A DNA stretch of 55,328 nt, the filler included, from Sphacelaria rigidula (lineage: Eukaryota), in assembly GCA_964200075.2 (NCBI GenBank). It is 5 parts of 5 records of this genome, joined end to end, with 100 filler letters (N's around TTAATTAATTAA, not from the genome) between each part and the next. Parts side by side here need not be neighbours in the genome. Positions count along the whole stretch, not along the records: positions 22,173 to 33,158 come from CAXNAA020005572.1; positions 33,259 to 44,243 come from CAXNAA020005573.1; 3 more parts are not named here. One strand, 5' to 3'. Made by a program: the position numbers and the translations under genes. The notes under the pieces were generated by a model, which was not told where the DNA came from, did not search any database, and was given only the letters and a program-made list of their open reading frames with translations. Shown here piece by piece: positions 22,947 through 34,699 of this stretch. Numbering within the stretch: the first letter of the stretch is position 1; each line of letters starts with the position of its first letter.

Positions 22947-25900
22947 CTGTTACGGGATGCATACACGGGAACGAATAACACGGCAGGTGTGAGAAAACGT
23001 CACGTCACAAGGGGGGGGGGGGAGGGAGAGAGGGAAGATATTTCAGGTGCTTGTATTGTGTTGCACTTGTTGCCAGGAGATGGATGTCCGTATGCACAAG
23101 AAACAACTGAACGTCTTGAAACACGTGCTGCAGTTGTCCTTTCACGAAAATGGATCATGACATATTCGCGATACGATATCAACATGTTTACATATTTTAT
23201 TCTGGGAAGCGGGAGATGTACCCAGCTCTTTCAAAGAAGGGTGATCTCCACTTGACAATATTTTGGGAAAACCCAAAAATATACAGAAATTGGGTCAAAG
23301 GGTGATATGCGAGCATGAAGCATCAAGAGAGGAAGATCGACAATCAAGAACAGAGACTTTCACAACGTATTGGAGAACTGTTGTTGTGAGAATTCACGCT
23401 GGGGGTTGTTTGACTCCTCCCGGGAGAAACCGAATTATCACGGGGGGCGGCACGAGGGAGGGGTTGATTTAATTATATATATATATACCTACCCAAGGTA
23501 AACACACCGGAAAGGGGAGGGGAGTGACCGGAGGGTACATTCATAGAACGTTTTGCTAAATAGTTGTCGACTATAGACACGAACGGATCACCTTTTCTGC
23601 CGCTTCAAGGGTTGAACAACCGTCAGATATAACAATAAATCACCCATTTTTCCCAAGGATATACTTCCCATCAGCGGTTCCTGCAGCGCCTCACAATCTC
23701 ACCACCCCGTGTTGCACCTCGTGCAATGACCCGCCCTCCTTGAGCTGTCCTGCGAATCGGCGCCTGTGCCACAGGAAGGCCTCCCGTGGGCGACGGGGTA
23801 GATAAAACCGAGGCGATAAAAACCGTACCGCAGACCATCCTTACAGTGCCGTACGTGAACTATCGTCAACCACGAACACCATACTCCAAAATATAAGTCC
23901 TGGGTGGGACCCAACGTCCGTTGCGAAATGCCGTTCAGCGGTACGCATGGTGTCCTCACTATGCCTCGGACAGGCTGTTGAACCCCCCGGACACATTTCA
24001 GTTCATTTTTCCACATCTCTTTTGTTTCCGGAAACATTGAAACACCTTTGTTTCAGCAGTTGGTACGGTTGGATTCTAAATAAATAAAATGCGAGGAATA
24101 TTCTTAGACCAGCGGTCGGGAGGGTTGATCCAGTCAGCCCTGTCGTGCATACACTCAAAGTCGGTGATTTTCTTGTTTTGTTTACATACAATAAACACCT
24201 AAACACCGTATGTGTGTGAAACCAGGTCATAGCATTTTTTCTCACATCCTGTACGATTTTCTAGTTTCTACAATTGACCTGAATGACACTGTACAGCCGA
24301 TGCGCCCCAAGCAAAGGTTGAACCCCTTACTCTTGGCAACAGATTGCCGTTTTTTTCATTTCGTTGATCCGACAAGATCCGGCGAAGTTCCAGAAATCTC
24401 TTCGAAATCGGTCAATTGACGAAATCGGCTCCATTCTAACATGCTCACCATGGACATTTGGCGACACTCGATCACTTTACCGGATGTGATGGCGCTGAAA
24501 ACGGAGACACGGCATATCGTTCCCACTTCAAAGGGCTTTCAACCGTTGTTCAGGATGCGTAGGCTGGGAAGTCAGTCCACTTCTCAGGTCACAACCGCAG
24601 GAAACTATGATATCCAGACCAGAGTCTGAAAAAAAAACTTACGATCTGGTTACATAAATATGTTGTCAAAATTCGATTGTGCACTGAGGGCAGATGGGTT
24701 GATTCCTTGATACCACAGACTCATCCCGAGGGGGGGGGGGAGGGGTCCAAAGTGCGACAAATAAAACGATAGGAATTAAAATGTAGATCTAAAACCACAT
24801 ACTTGTGGACAATCAGACTCCGAGGTGCCATAGTATTCGCGATAACAACATGCCACACCATACGTACCGCACTCTACAGATACCAAACACCGTGTACCGT
24901 ACTGATAGCGCGAAAGTCAGTTACAATACCGTATAATGACCTTCCAAAAAACCGCTTCCAGGAAAAGCCCGGCGTTTTTTTTTTAACCTTCAACACGGAA
25001 ACATCGCCGCCAGTTGTGTCTTGGGACACGACACTACAAGGTATACATCCTTCCTCCTTCCTCTTTTCGTTCGCCCGCCTTCTCGAGGTACCCATGACCA
25101 GTTATGCCTTTCCTTTCAAATGCCTTGGGCAACGTCCATCACGGCTGGATTCCGTAGCGCATCGAATGTGCGACAATCAAAACACCAAATCAAGCAAAGC
25201 GCCGCGTTGCATCTTCCCTAGCCCCCCCCCCCCCCCCCCCCCCTCCCACACACGCGCCCCGCCCACTCCTTCCCCGTCTTTCTCCCTCCCCCTCACCCNN
25301 NNNNNNNNAAAAAAACCCCCAACCAAGCAAAGCGCCCCGTTGCATCTTCCCTTGCCCCCCCCCCCCCCCTCTCCCACACACAGCTCTTGCTCTCTGTCTC
25401 TCTCTGTTTCTCGCTCACCGCAACAGACCGTCGTAGACCCTGGGCTGCATCAAATCGTGCTGCACCGCCCTCGCTAGATCAGCGGCTCGATTTTCCCCCT
25501 CCTGCTGATGAAGAAGGGAATGCCTGCATTTGTCACCAAGCAAAGCACATCCATTGAGAACACCATGTTGGTTGGGGGTGACACAAACTAACGACCTTGA
25601 AGCACCGTCGCGCAAAAACAGATGTATTACCCCCGTTCGCCTCACAATGTTTATAGATAGCGCTGACCCCAACCCTAACCCTAACCGCGGCAGTATGAAG
25701 CGCGGAGAGCGGGGTCCCATGATGATGTGTGTGGTCATCCCGGGGAGGCAACACCTCCTATTCTGGTGAAACTCCAACTGTACTCGCAATTCCACATTCA
25801 TCACGTGTTGACTCTTCGAGAGAATGATAGTAAAGTCACTTTCCAGTGACTTATGTACGCCCTTGCGGACACTTTTGTGGCTAGATTTCGACGTAGAGGG

Positions 25901-28900
25901 GAACCTCCTGTACTACACATCCCGAATTTTTGGGAAGTCAAATGGTCGATCGAACAAATATATATATATATATATATATAGTGGGGTGTTACAATACATG
26001 CATTTTTGTTATTGGATCCCATCGAGAGACTGAACGGAGATTCGAACGACCAATGAGTCAGTTCGGGCTCCGGTTGTTGATGCTATCTTTTGTCGGCTTG
26101 CCGACTACGTGGGATAAGCTCAAGTTTCCCCACGGTAGCTGCAAGCCGCTTAGTTTGACTCAGCTGAGCAAATTAAAATGGAAACGTCCGGACTCTTTTC
26201 GATTGCCCTGGAGGACGAAACAAAACGCTGGCTTGCACTGTAAACATGACGAAAGCAGCTAATATCTTCTGCGTCAATCTACGATAGGGAGTGTACTCAT
26301 GATCATATATGCCATAGTCATCAGACCATTGACCTCGCATCCCTACAAAACCGACACGCTGGGTTTTCGCCGGACCAGGCTCGCAATCAAACCACCAAGC
26401 GCGAAGCACCGTGGTGTGCTCGGCGAGTCGCATGAAGGGTGAGCTGCATCCTGCTAACATTGTTCGGCCCGAANNNNNNNNNNCTACTGATTATCTTGCA
26501 TTAGGATGACAGCCTATAATGAGTTGCTTTATTATCTGCTATCGCCACTTCCAGACACAGCCACGGCTAATACACTCCCTCATGGGTGTCTCACCAATAC
26601 GATAAAGGGGGGAGGGGATTTTGGGCCGTTTTCTTCCACGAAAGTCCACTTCAATCGTCGACGAAAGCAGCCAACAGTTGTTCGAATGCGCTTGTTCCGG
26701 ATAAGTAACGCTCATCCATACTGCTTTACACCGCTTTTACCCAAATACAAGCGCACCGCGAGTGTCTCAGGTCGTTTGACGCATCTAGGAGCACATTTTT
26801 TCGTGGAATCGAACAACCCCCCCCCCAACCCCGAACTCCGAGCATTGGCGACGCCAACATTACATCACACCCAAGGAGGCGAATAACGCCAGCACTTCCT
26901 ANNNNNNNNNNTGGTTGTTTTCGGCATGTAGCCGCCCATTTTTTCGTGCAATCCAACGACCCCCCCCCCCCCCCCCTATCGTCAATGGTCTTATGACTAT
27001 GACATGCATGATCATGAGTACACCCCCCCCTTTCGTAGCATGGCTCTCCTTGAAATCTTGACGCATACAAACAATTATTGAGTCGCGGAAGTCCTCATGG
27101 GGAGAATTTCCCCCCCCGGCTACCCTGGTTGTGAGAAACCAAATTCGAACAAAAAAGTCGTGCGCAGTCTCGTTACTTGTGAATTTGAATAATGAAAAAT
27201 AAAACGACGCGGAAACATCATACTCAATCGTTTTTTCCCCAAAGTGCCTGCGGGTCATGTCGCCCACTGCAGTTGTGATCCTTGGAACATCGTGTGGAAC
27301 ATGATGTGAGGACAATATCGATATTGTGACGCCAGCCAGAAGAAGAACTGTTGCATCACTGCTGTTGAGGGACTCCCCAGTCTCACTGGCCTCAGTTTCA
27401 GTTGCCAGCCTTTACAACATTTCATTATCCGGGGTGCCCTCGTAGGCACAGCCTCATAGATCCGCAAGGTATCATCCCCGTGTCCCCGGTCATTATTCAG
27501 AATTCTTCTAGAAAAGGCTACTACCCCTTGGTGTGGGAGTGGTAGTCTCAGGAGCCACGGACTTGGCCGTGGGACGTGCCTAGATAGTTCGTTCTTGTGT
27601 GGAGGGAAACTCCAGGGTTGAGATATGATGTGCCTCGGGAGGGCTCCGGGAGCGGTGCCGTCTCGAGGTTGGAGTATGACTGTTACTCCGGATACGGGAA
27701 GACAAAGACCCGGACGGGATAGACAATGATCCGGACGGGATAGACAGTGACCCGGTCGGGACAGACTAGTGTTCCTGAGAACGTTCCCGGAACCATACCG
27801 GAGATATGAACGTTCCTAGAACGAAGGGGCGGTTGTAGACACGTGGAAGACTTGTGGACTACCCTGGTACTCACATAGAATCCTCCTAGAATTCCCGTGC
27901 CCCCGGTCATTATCTAGATCATCACTACCAACTCAGCGTAATGGCGTAATTTCGTCACAAGACTCAGAACAGGCGATCTTGGCGATTGCGATGGTCGAGA
28001 GGTTCCGTCCAAACGCATCGCAGCCCGGTTCAAGATATTCATGCCAGATGCATATCACATTTGATTTTCATGACAAAAATCAAGACAAGCTACGGTGCAG
28101 TATCCTACGGCCAAAAAAGGTACACCACGATCGAAGAAAGACATGAATAAAACTGCGGTCAAAAACGTGAATGCCACATGATCGGTTGCAGAACATCATC
28201 GGGCGCGTTACCTTTTCCTGACAAGAATCAAGACAAATTGAGATACAGTATCCAACGGCCAGAAAAGGTACACCACGGTCAAACGAAACACGTAGAAGTA
28301 AAATAAACCTATGATAAACAAAACGTGAACGCCCACATGATGGACCACGGAACACAATCAAGCCACCGGATGAAAGTAAATCGTGAGTTGAAAACGAAAA
28401 ATTAATCGAACACAAATGCCCATCACGCCCACCTAAACACGCCTCCTCCGGTGGTCATCGCCAACGGAGAAATAGACGCCAACCCAAAGTGGTCACACTT
28501 CGTGCTGGCGAAGCAGTGCACATCCACGCTGACTCCGGAAGACGCAGCACGGTACGCCTGCCCGCGGTAAAAACCCAAGGCTCTCGGCTGACGGAGAAAT
28601 GAACATAAGAAGAAGCGAAGTGAAACCCGCGAGCCCGAAGGGGGATTGAGGGCAGTCAAAATGAAAAAAACGGTTGAACCATTAGATAGAGCAGGTGGTC
28701 ATATATTATTATATTATATATTATATATTATACTATTATTATCATCGTCATCATCATTATCATGATCATCATCATCATCATTATCATTATTACTATCATT
28801 ATTGTTATTATTACTACTACTTATATGTGTCGCACTTTGAACTCCTCCCCTTCCTCGGGATGAGTCCGTGGTCTCAAGGGATCAACCCATCTCTCCCCTG

Positions 28901-31900
28901 GTACACGCCTTGCATTTTGGTCTCGCGGATTGGGTCATGACTATCAGCACTCCCGCACCGTGAATACTCCAGCGAATGAATGATCTGTCAACCCTAGTGG
29001 TGGATCTTCCCGCGGTCACGAGAGTTACCCCGCAAGGCACATATGGATCTTCACTGCAAGGGAAGTGGTGTATGGAGCCTAAGTTAGGATTCGAAAAGGG
29101 AGGTAAGCACAAATGGACATACGTCGACACCCTTGCAGCCACAGGGCTGAGGAGGAAGGAAGGGGGAAGGAAGCCGCAATGAGGGGTACATCGCAGCCGT
29201 ACATGGGGTTCTATCGGCTACCGTTCAGGTCGAGTCCAGCCCAGTCAAGTTAAGTCAAGTTCATGTGCGGTCGTCGGCCGTCACTCTGGGTCTGTACCCG
29301 TCAAGTCTACAGAAAAAACGTCCAAAAGTAACACGAACAGGAAAAAAAAGAGGAGTAAGTGCGGCCCGATTCGGCACATAGAGCAATGCTGCGGTAGGGG
29401 TTACATTTTTGTAGCGAAAACGTTTCTCGGGGCAGCTCGGGGTGTTGGATGGAAAAGACTAAAAATGGTGCCGATTCACGAAAAGTCTCCTGCGTGCAGA
29501 CACTATATTTCTGGGAGTCCGGTCCTTGGAGATTTGGGTTGCACAGTAAGCCCCATATATTTCGGCTCCTACGAAAAAAAGACCCAGAAACAAAAAGTGC
29601 AACCCCTACCGTAGCATTGCTCTATTTCAAGAACGAGTGAGTTGTTGTTGTCTTCACATTAAAAACCGTTCCGATATCTGCGCGGTACATTCGTACTGAG
29701 CATCTGACGCAGACGCCTTCCGTGGTCACAGGCTAGCTAACTATAATAAGGTATGAGGAAATAAAACAAAAACAAAAAAGCGAGTGTAAGCGGTCGATTA
29801 TCTGACCGCACACAATACACGCAGAATCGATACCCCCGCCCCTCCCCGCCACACACGAACGCTCGCGCAGACTCCAACGCAAAACAATCAAGGGTTCTTT
29901 CTCCACCCGCCCCTTCCCCCGCCTTACCCATTATCAAGCATACACTTCAATTCTGTCGAAAGTCACCCGAAAACAAACTGTAACTCGACGCCCCCCGGCC
30001 CACAATATCCAGCACCTTCTTTGGCGTGAATGTTGTGGTGAATTCCACCCCCCCCCCCCCCCTAACGAACGCGACCATCGAGACCATCATTGTCAACACC
30101 ACCCATACCACCGACAAGCACCACGGAAAACTCACCTCCCCGCGGAAAAACTGATCGTGCAACACTCCGCTCTCCACCCCGCCCTCCCCCTCTCCCCAAT
30201 CCACTCCAGGCGGGGGCGGCGACACTGCACCAGGTCCCAAATTCGGCGCACCCGCCAAGAACAGCATGAGTCGGCCACCGGCTATTTGGAAACCCCTGGC
30301 GCGCTCTACCGCAGGGGTTAGGTTTCCGAGCGCCCGTCCTCCTCCGCCGTGTCCCAAGGAAGGGGTATTCGAGGCGTTCTTTGCTGCCGCTGCTGCTGTC
30401 GCCGCAGCTGCCGTTGTGGCATTCGGCCCCGCTTGTAGGATGAGGTCCAGCAGGAGTTCCACGGCAACACCGACTGCTCTGTATCTTGGTGTTACTTTTA
30501 CCCCTGACGTATGAAACGGAAAATGACCAACAACATGCGCGAGGAGGGAGCGGTAGATTTCAGGGCGTAAACGAGACGATGATTCTCACAGTCGTAGAGA
30601 TAGCTCGTGATTGGACCACGCTGGGGGGGACGGCGGCCATTGGAAGGTGGGTGAGTTACCTCAACATCTTTCAAAATAAGCTCCTCCTTTTTTCTTCTTC
30701 TTTACCGAATGTCTTTGTTGGCCGATGTTATTTCGGTGTTCCTGCTGTCTACCGATAATGAGCATGCCTACTACCGCGTCCTGGTGGTCTGCATTAAAAT
30801 GGTACAACTGATACGTGACACTATTAGGACGGGAAAAGCGAGGGTTCAATTCCCGCCAAATGCATCTAGTATCGCCTTTTTTTTCATCAAAATATCCGGC
30901 TTCCGTCGTTCGAAGCGTGACGATGTGAGTAACAAAACATCAAGTGTTTTGGCTGAGTTTATTCGAAGAGAGTCGAAGCGGGTGCAGGAATGCTGGTAGT
31001 CATTATCCAATCCGCGATACCAAATGCGAAGCGTGTACCGGGGAGAGATGGGTTGATCTCTTGAGACCACGGATTCGTCCCGAGGAACGGAGGGGTGGTG
31101 AAAAGTGAGAACAAAGTATTAGAGACAAGGATGACCAGGACACGATACCGTACCTCACGTGCCGTGGGTTTTTAGTGTAATTGTGATACCACGTACGCCG
31201 GGGTAACTGGCGCATCGACCGCCGACAACACGGAGGATTTCCGGCATACCTGAAGTACGGTCACCCCACAAGACAAAATATAGCTAGTTATCTCTACCGT
31301 CGGAATATTGTGCGGACTGCATTAACGCTGATAGTACCCGTTACAAGCCTCGAAACTACGAACGACAATGGTTGAAATCGCACCGATGAATCACTGAGTG
31401 TTGCCGAGCGTAAAGGGGAGTGAGTGCGCATGGGCTGCCGAACTCTCGTGCTACAACCGCCCAGGTTGTACCCCAAGCAAACAATCTGCAGCGCGTTGAC
31501 TGGAACAGCAGGTGAATGGAAAGATGACCACACATAGCGTTTACCAACCACATTTTTTGCCGATATGTCACAAAAATACCATCATGCTTATGAAGCTCGT
31601 GAAATATCGTCGAACATGACATATCGTGAAAAAAACATATCGTAGAAAATGACATATCGTAGAAAACAATAAGATAAGACACACAACAACGAAATACATG
31701 ATGTCGAAATATCTAGAGGTGCTGTCTAAGCTCGCCAAAAACAAAAAACACGCACACATCATGGAAAATGAAGAAACATATAATTCGAACAACAAAATAG
31801 CAACGAACACGCGTTAATTATACCGGAAGGTCCAGCGGTGCTATTATCGACGCGACAAACGCCTTGCAGCCCCCGGATGTTAGTCGAAATTCGCTCTCGG

Positions 31901-31962
31901 TTTCCCTTCAGTGGACACACCAGCTCCTCGAGAGACATCACGTCTGAGAGTGCCATCGCACG
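22751..31962 (-). CDS. SEC23: Sec23/Sec24-family COPII coat protein (resembles the plant SEC23D-like subfamily), partial spliced gene; exons 31962-31824, 30503-30136, 28557-28433, 25523-25419, 22946-22751
   Basis: Five AG/GT-bounded exons with compatible phases (0-1-0-2-2-0). They give trunk-domain and beta-sandwich motifs in the right order: SDVMSLEELVCPL..RERI, RAVGVAVELLL, GGRLMLFLAGAPNLGPG, FFRGEAYRAASSGVSVDV..FGLASISPLAMTTGGGVF, YDGLLRIRTS..VYGNLSADP..FSMDFEY..VQ. Confidence 0.88.
25419..25523 (-). CDS. Sec23/24-like exon
   Basis: TGCAG acceptor and GTGAGC donor; 105 nt; HSLLHQQEGENRAADLARAVQHDLMQPRVYDGLLR. Confidence 0.82.
26270..27047. mobile_element. Composite non-autonomous TIR element (CTACGATAGGGG family) in a Sec23 intron
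   Basis: The left end TGCGTCAATCTACGATAGGGAGTGTACTCATGATCAT...GACCATTGAC is inverted relative to the right end GTCAATGGTC...ATGATCATGAGTACACCCCCCCCTTTCGTAGCATGGCTCT. The interior contains copies of 11811-12108 and 49392-49597. Confidence 0.65.
27700..27766. repeat. 21-bp minisatellite (~3 copies)
   Basis: AGACAA.GACCCGGACGGGAT repeated. Confidence 0.7.
28075..28345. repeat. Diverged ~150-bp tandem duplication
   Basis: ATCAAGACAA...CAGTATCC.ACGGCCA.AAAAGGTACACCACG...AAAACGTGAA.GC.CACATGAT occurs twice. Confidence 0.7.
28433..28557 (-). CDS. Sec23/24-like exon (trunk)
   Basis: GCAG acceptor and GTGGGC donor; 125 nt; AYRAASSGVSVDVHCFASTKCDHFGLASISPLAMTTGGGVFR. Confidence 0.87.
28700..28965 (-). 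mobile_element. SINE-family 3' end with an (ATT/ATC)n microsatellite tail
   Basis: 28825-28965 is the reverse complement of the 13900-14030 3' segment. The trinucleotide microsatellite at 28700-28822 lies directly downstream on the minus strand. Confidence 0.7.
29380..29623. mobile_element. MITE (~244 bp), ~30-bp TIRs, 2-bp TSD
   Basis: AGAGCAATGCTGCGGTAGGGGTTACATTTT versus the reverse complement of AAAAGTGCAACCCCTACCGTAGCATTGCTCT. AT flanks both sides (or TA, if the ends are drawn one base in). The right half recurs at 47585-47739. Confidence 0.85.
30136..30503 (-). CDS. Sec23/24-like exon (trunk/vWA-like)
   Basis: GTCAG acceptor and GAG|GTGAGT donor; 368 nt; VKVTPRYRAVGVAVELLLDLIL...GGRLMLFLAGAPNLGPGAV...HDQFFRGE. 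Confidence 0.88.
30780..31115 (+). mobile_element. Putative tRNA-derived SINE
   Basis: B-box GGTTCAATTCC at 30843-30853. Body and 3' end are homologous to 13825-14030. Confidence 0.6.
31824..31962 (-). CDS. Sec23/24-like exon
   Basis: ATGCAG acceptor and G|GTATAA donor; 139 nt; RAMALSDVMSLEELVCPLKGNRERISTNIRGLQG; phase 1 matches the next exon. Confidence 0.75.
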
Positions 31963-33030
31963 CTGCATGTATCGATGAAGGGCAGAAACGCGGAGGAGGG
32001 GTGAGAGAAAAACAAGAGAAAAAAAAACAGTAAAACAATAGGGAGACGGAGCTGTTTGAGTTACAGGGATGATGAAAGCTTCCGTGGTGAAATCGGGACC
32101 AACGAGATGCGTCGTCTTCCGATCGATGGGTTCGACCATCGGAGTCCCACTTCGCGGTCGCCACATGCAACACCAGGTCCCGCGCCAAGGCAAACAGCAA
32201 GGCCGATGCGGGCTCACGATCCGCGCTCCGCAGATTTTTCACTCATTTCTTCACACTTACAACAAAGGAAAAAAAAGCCCCCATCCATTTGTACAATGTC
32301 TACCGATGGCATCACTTTGTTTTACATTATCCGCTACATCGAGCATTCTGTTGCACCGCTAACCAATATTCCATGATGGATGGGTCCTTGCCCTGTTTTC
32401 GACGTACATACCGTGAAATTCAAATGTACCATACGCGATGCGTCGTTTTAGGCAACGACCGACAGCACACAACAGCAACAAAGGCAACCCTTCACATTCG
32501 TACCCATACCATCGAGGAACACCGTAAAAGCCTGGGACACGAGACAGGCACCGGCAGATTAAATGAAATTTTTCGGGCATGCCTTCGCCTCATTCCTCCT
32601 CCCCCCCCCTCTATTTTCCCCCTTCCTTTCTCTTTTCGTTGTTTCCCTGGTTTATTCGTTCCTCTCGGTTTTGTTCAGTTCACTCTGCATGATGGATTTT
32701 TTGTATCTCCAAACAGATTTTCGCTCTCCCGATTTTCCCTTATATATCGAGTGTTTCCATTACGTTCATCTTGGATACCTCTATGTGGTGACCATCCCCA
32801 GATTAGGTGGGAATCAGTGAACATAATAGGTGGTAACCCTTCACGATGAACCATAAAAAAGCTCAAATCCTTACTGTAGGGAACGGTGCTTTAAAACATG
32901 ATTCAAACATCCGTATTGTGCGCAAAAAAACTCAAAATCTGTCGGGGCTTGCTGACTGGCCGCAAGGCTCCGACTCACACCACATTCGCCCGGAAATTGT
33001 CCTCTAGTTGGTACCCGTTGGTACCCGAGG

Positions 33031-33053
33031 GGGTTAGGGTTAGGGTTAGGGTT
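33031..33053. repeat. Short interstitial telomere-like (TTAGGG)n tract
   Basis: GGGTTAGGGTTAGGGTTAGGGTT. Similar CCCTAA tracts occur at 8017-8055 and 25666-25686. Confidence 0.7.
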
Positions 33054-33158
33054 TCGTAAGAGACGTTGTGGTCAAAAACAAAGGGGGGGGGGGGGGGGGG
33101 GGGGGGGGGAGAGCCAAAGGGTTGACTCCAGGCAGCGCCACCACCCCGTGGCGGGTTT

Positions 33159-33258
33159 NNNNNNNNNNNNNNNNNNNNNNNNNNNNNNNNNNNNNNNNNN
33201 NNTTAATTAATTAANNNNNNNNNNNNNNNNNNNNNNNNNNNNNNNNNNNNNNNNNNNN
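33159..33258. other. Artificial contig linker
   Basis: 100-bp N/TTAATTAATTAA/N. Confidence 0.97.
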
Positions 33259-33639
33259 GTCCTTCCGGAACGTTCCTACCTTGTCCCTGCTTGCGCTGGG
33301 TCTGCGTACATGTGTGGCATCAATCTCTGATATGTCACTGCAAACAGGTATTCCCTACATATCCCCCCCCCTTTATGCGCCTCAAGCCCATCGAGGCTAT
33401 GGCTGGTGGGACGAGGCGATCATCAGCTTCGCTGATGATATAATCGTGGGAATATCTTTGAGTGACGATCATTGCTTGAGTCCCGCCACCACCACTCGCA
33501 AAGGTAGCCCTTCTCTATACTGTGGTACTGAGCAAACACCCCCAGTAAATTTTAGCTACCTGTGGTCTGTAATAGTGCATGTGTTGCAAACTTGTTTGTT
33601 TCGGTTTTCTGTCATGTAGTTGTCATATGTGACATGTTT

Positions 33640-34500
33640 CCATCAGATATATTTGCACTTGGGTGCTAGTTGCATCTGCTGGTATGCATGACTGGGCACT
33701 GGGACACTGATTGGTCCACGGGCGCCTGGGTTATTCCTGCCCGGGTTCTGGGATGCCTTCGGTTCCGCGGACACCTGAGTAGGATTAAGTCTCGGGTTAG
33801 TGACAAGGCGGTGTCGATGATACATATATGTTTTTGTTTTTTTTCACCTTGGAGCATTGTGCTCGTTTGGCTAAACACCGTCAAGATGACCTTTGCTTCT
33901 TGTATTGTGTCAAATAGATACGTCATGTGTGACACATTTTTTATGGGATGCTTTTTACACTTTAATGCAGGCTGCATCAGTTAGGTATACCTGACTAGGC
34001 ACTGAGACACGGACCGGTCCACGGGCGCTTGAGGTATTCTTGCCCTGGCTCTGAGATGCTTTCGGTTCCACTGACACCGGAGTATAGGGAAAAGTCCTCG
34101 CGTTAGTACCAAAGCGGTGGGTTTGATGTTTATCTTGCGAGCATTGTGATCTTTGGTGAAACATCGACATGTTCTTTGCTTCGTATCATTTTGTGGCATG
34201 TACGTGTGTCCCATGTGATAATCCACGAGATGCGTTGCATTTTGGTGCTGGATGCATTTGCTGTTCCTACATGCCTGGGCACTGGGACACTGATCGATCC
34301 ACGGGCGCCAGGGTTTTCATGTCCGGGTTCTGGAATACCTTCGGTTCCGCTGACACCGACATAGTACAGCGTCTTCGTGTTAGTAACAAAGCGGTGAATA
34401 CGATGTTTTCGGCCTGCGAGCATTGTGCTTTTTTGTCCAAACATCGTCAAAATGATCAGCACTACCCCTATTGCTGAGAGGCTATCTTCCCTGGGAAGTT
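33640..34500. repeat. ~280-300-bp tandem repeat (3 diverged copies) between integrase and the 3' LTR
   Basis: GGCACTG.GACAC.GA..G.TCCACGGGCGC at ~33695, ~33998 and ~34278. Confidence 0.8.
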
Positions 34501-34699
34501 GCACTCCGGTCACCGTTGACATGTCAGATATGTTTCCGTTCATGTCTGCATTGTTCCAGCGTTGTTTTTTCGTTTCCTTCTCTTGTGACTCTCCTTGATC
34601 TCCGAATTGTGACTCCGGGCTACTGCTCAACCCTTGAGGGTGTTGCTAGGACGCTCAAACAGTCTGCTAAACAGTCACATCCGTTTCCATTACTCGGTA

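Noticed and set aside
33031..33158. True chromosome end
   Set aside because: Only ~3.5 TTAGGG units, followed by ~100 bp of other sequence.
11087..33158. Functional linkage between the YR element, the candidate exons and the Sec23-like gene
   Set aside because: They lie on different contigs separated by an artificial linker.
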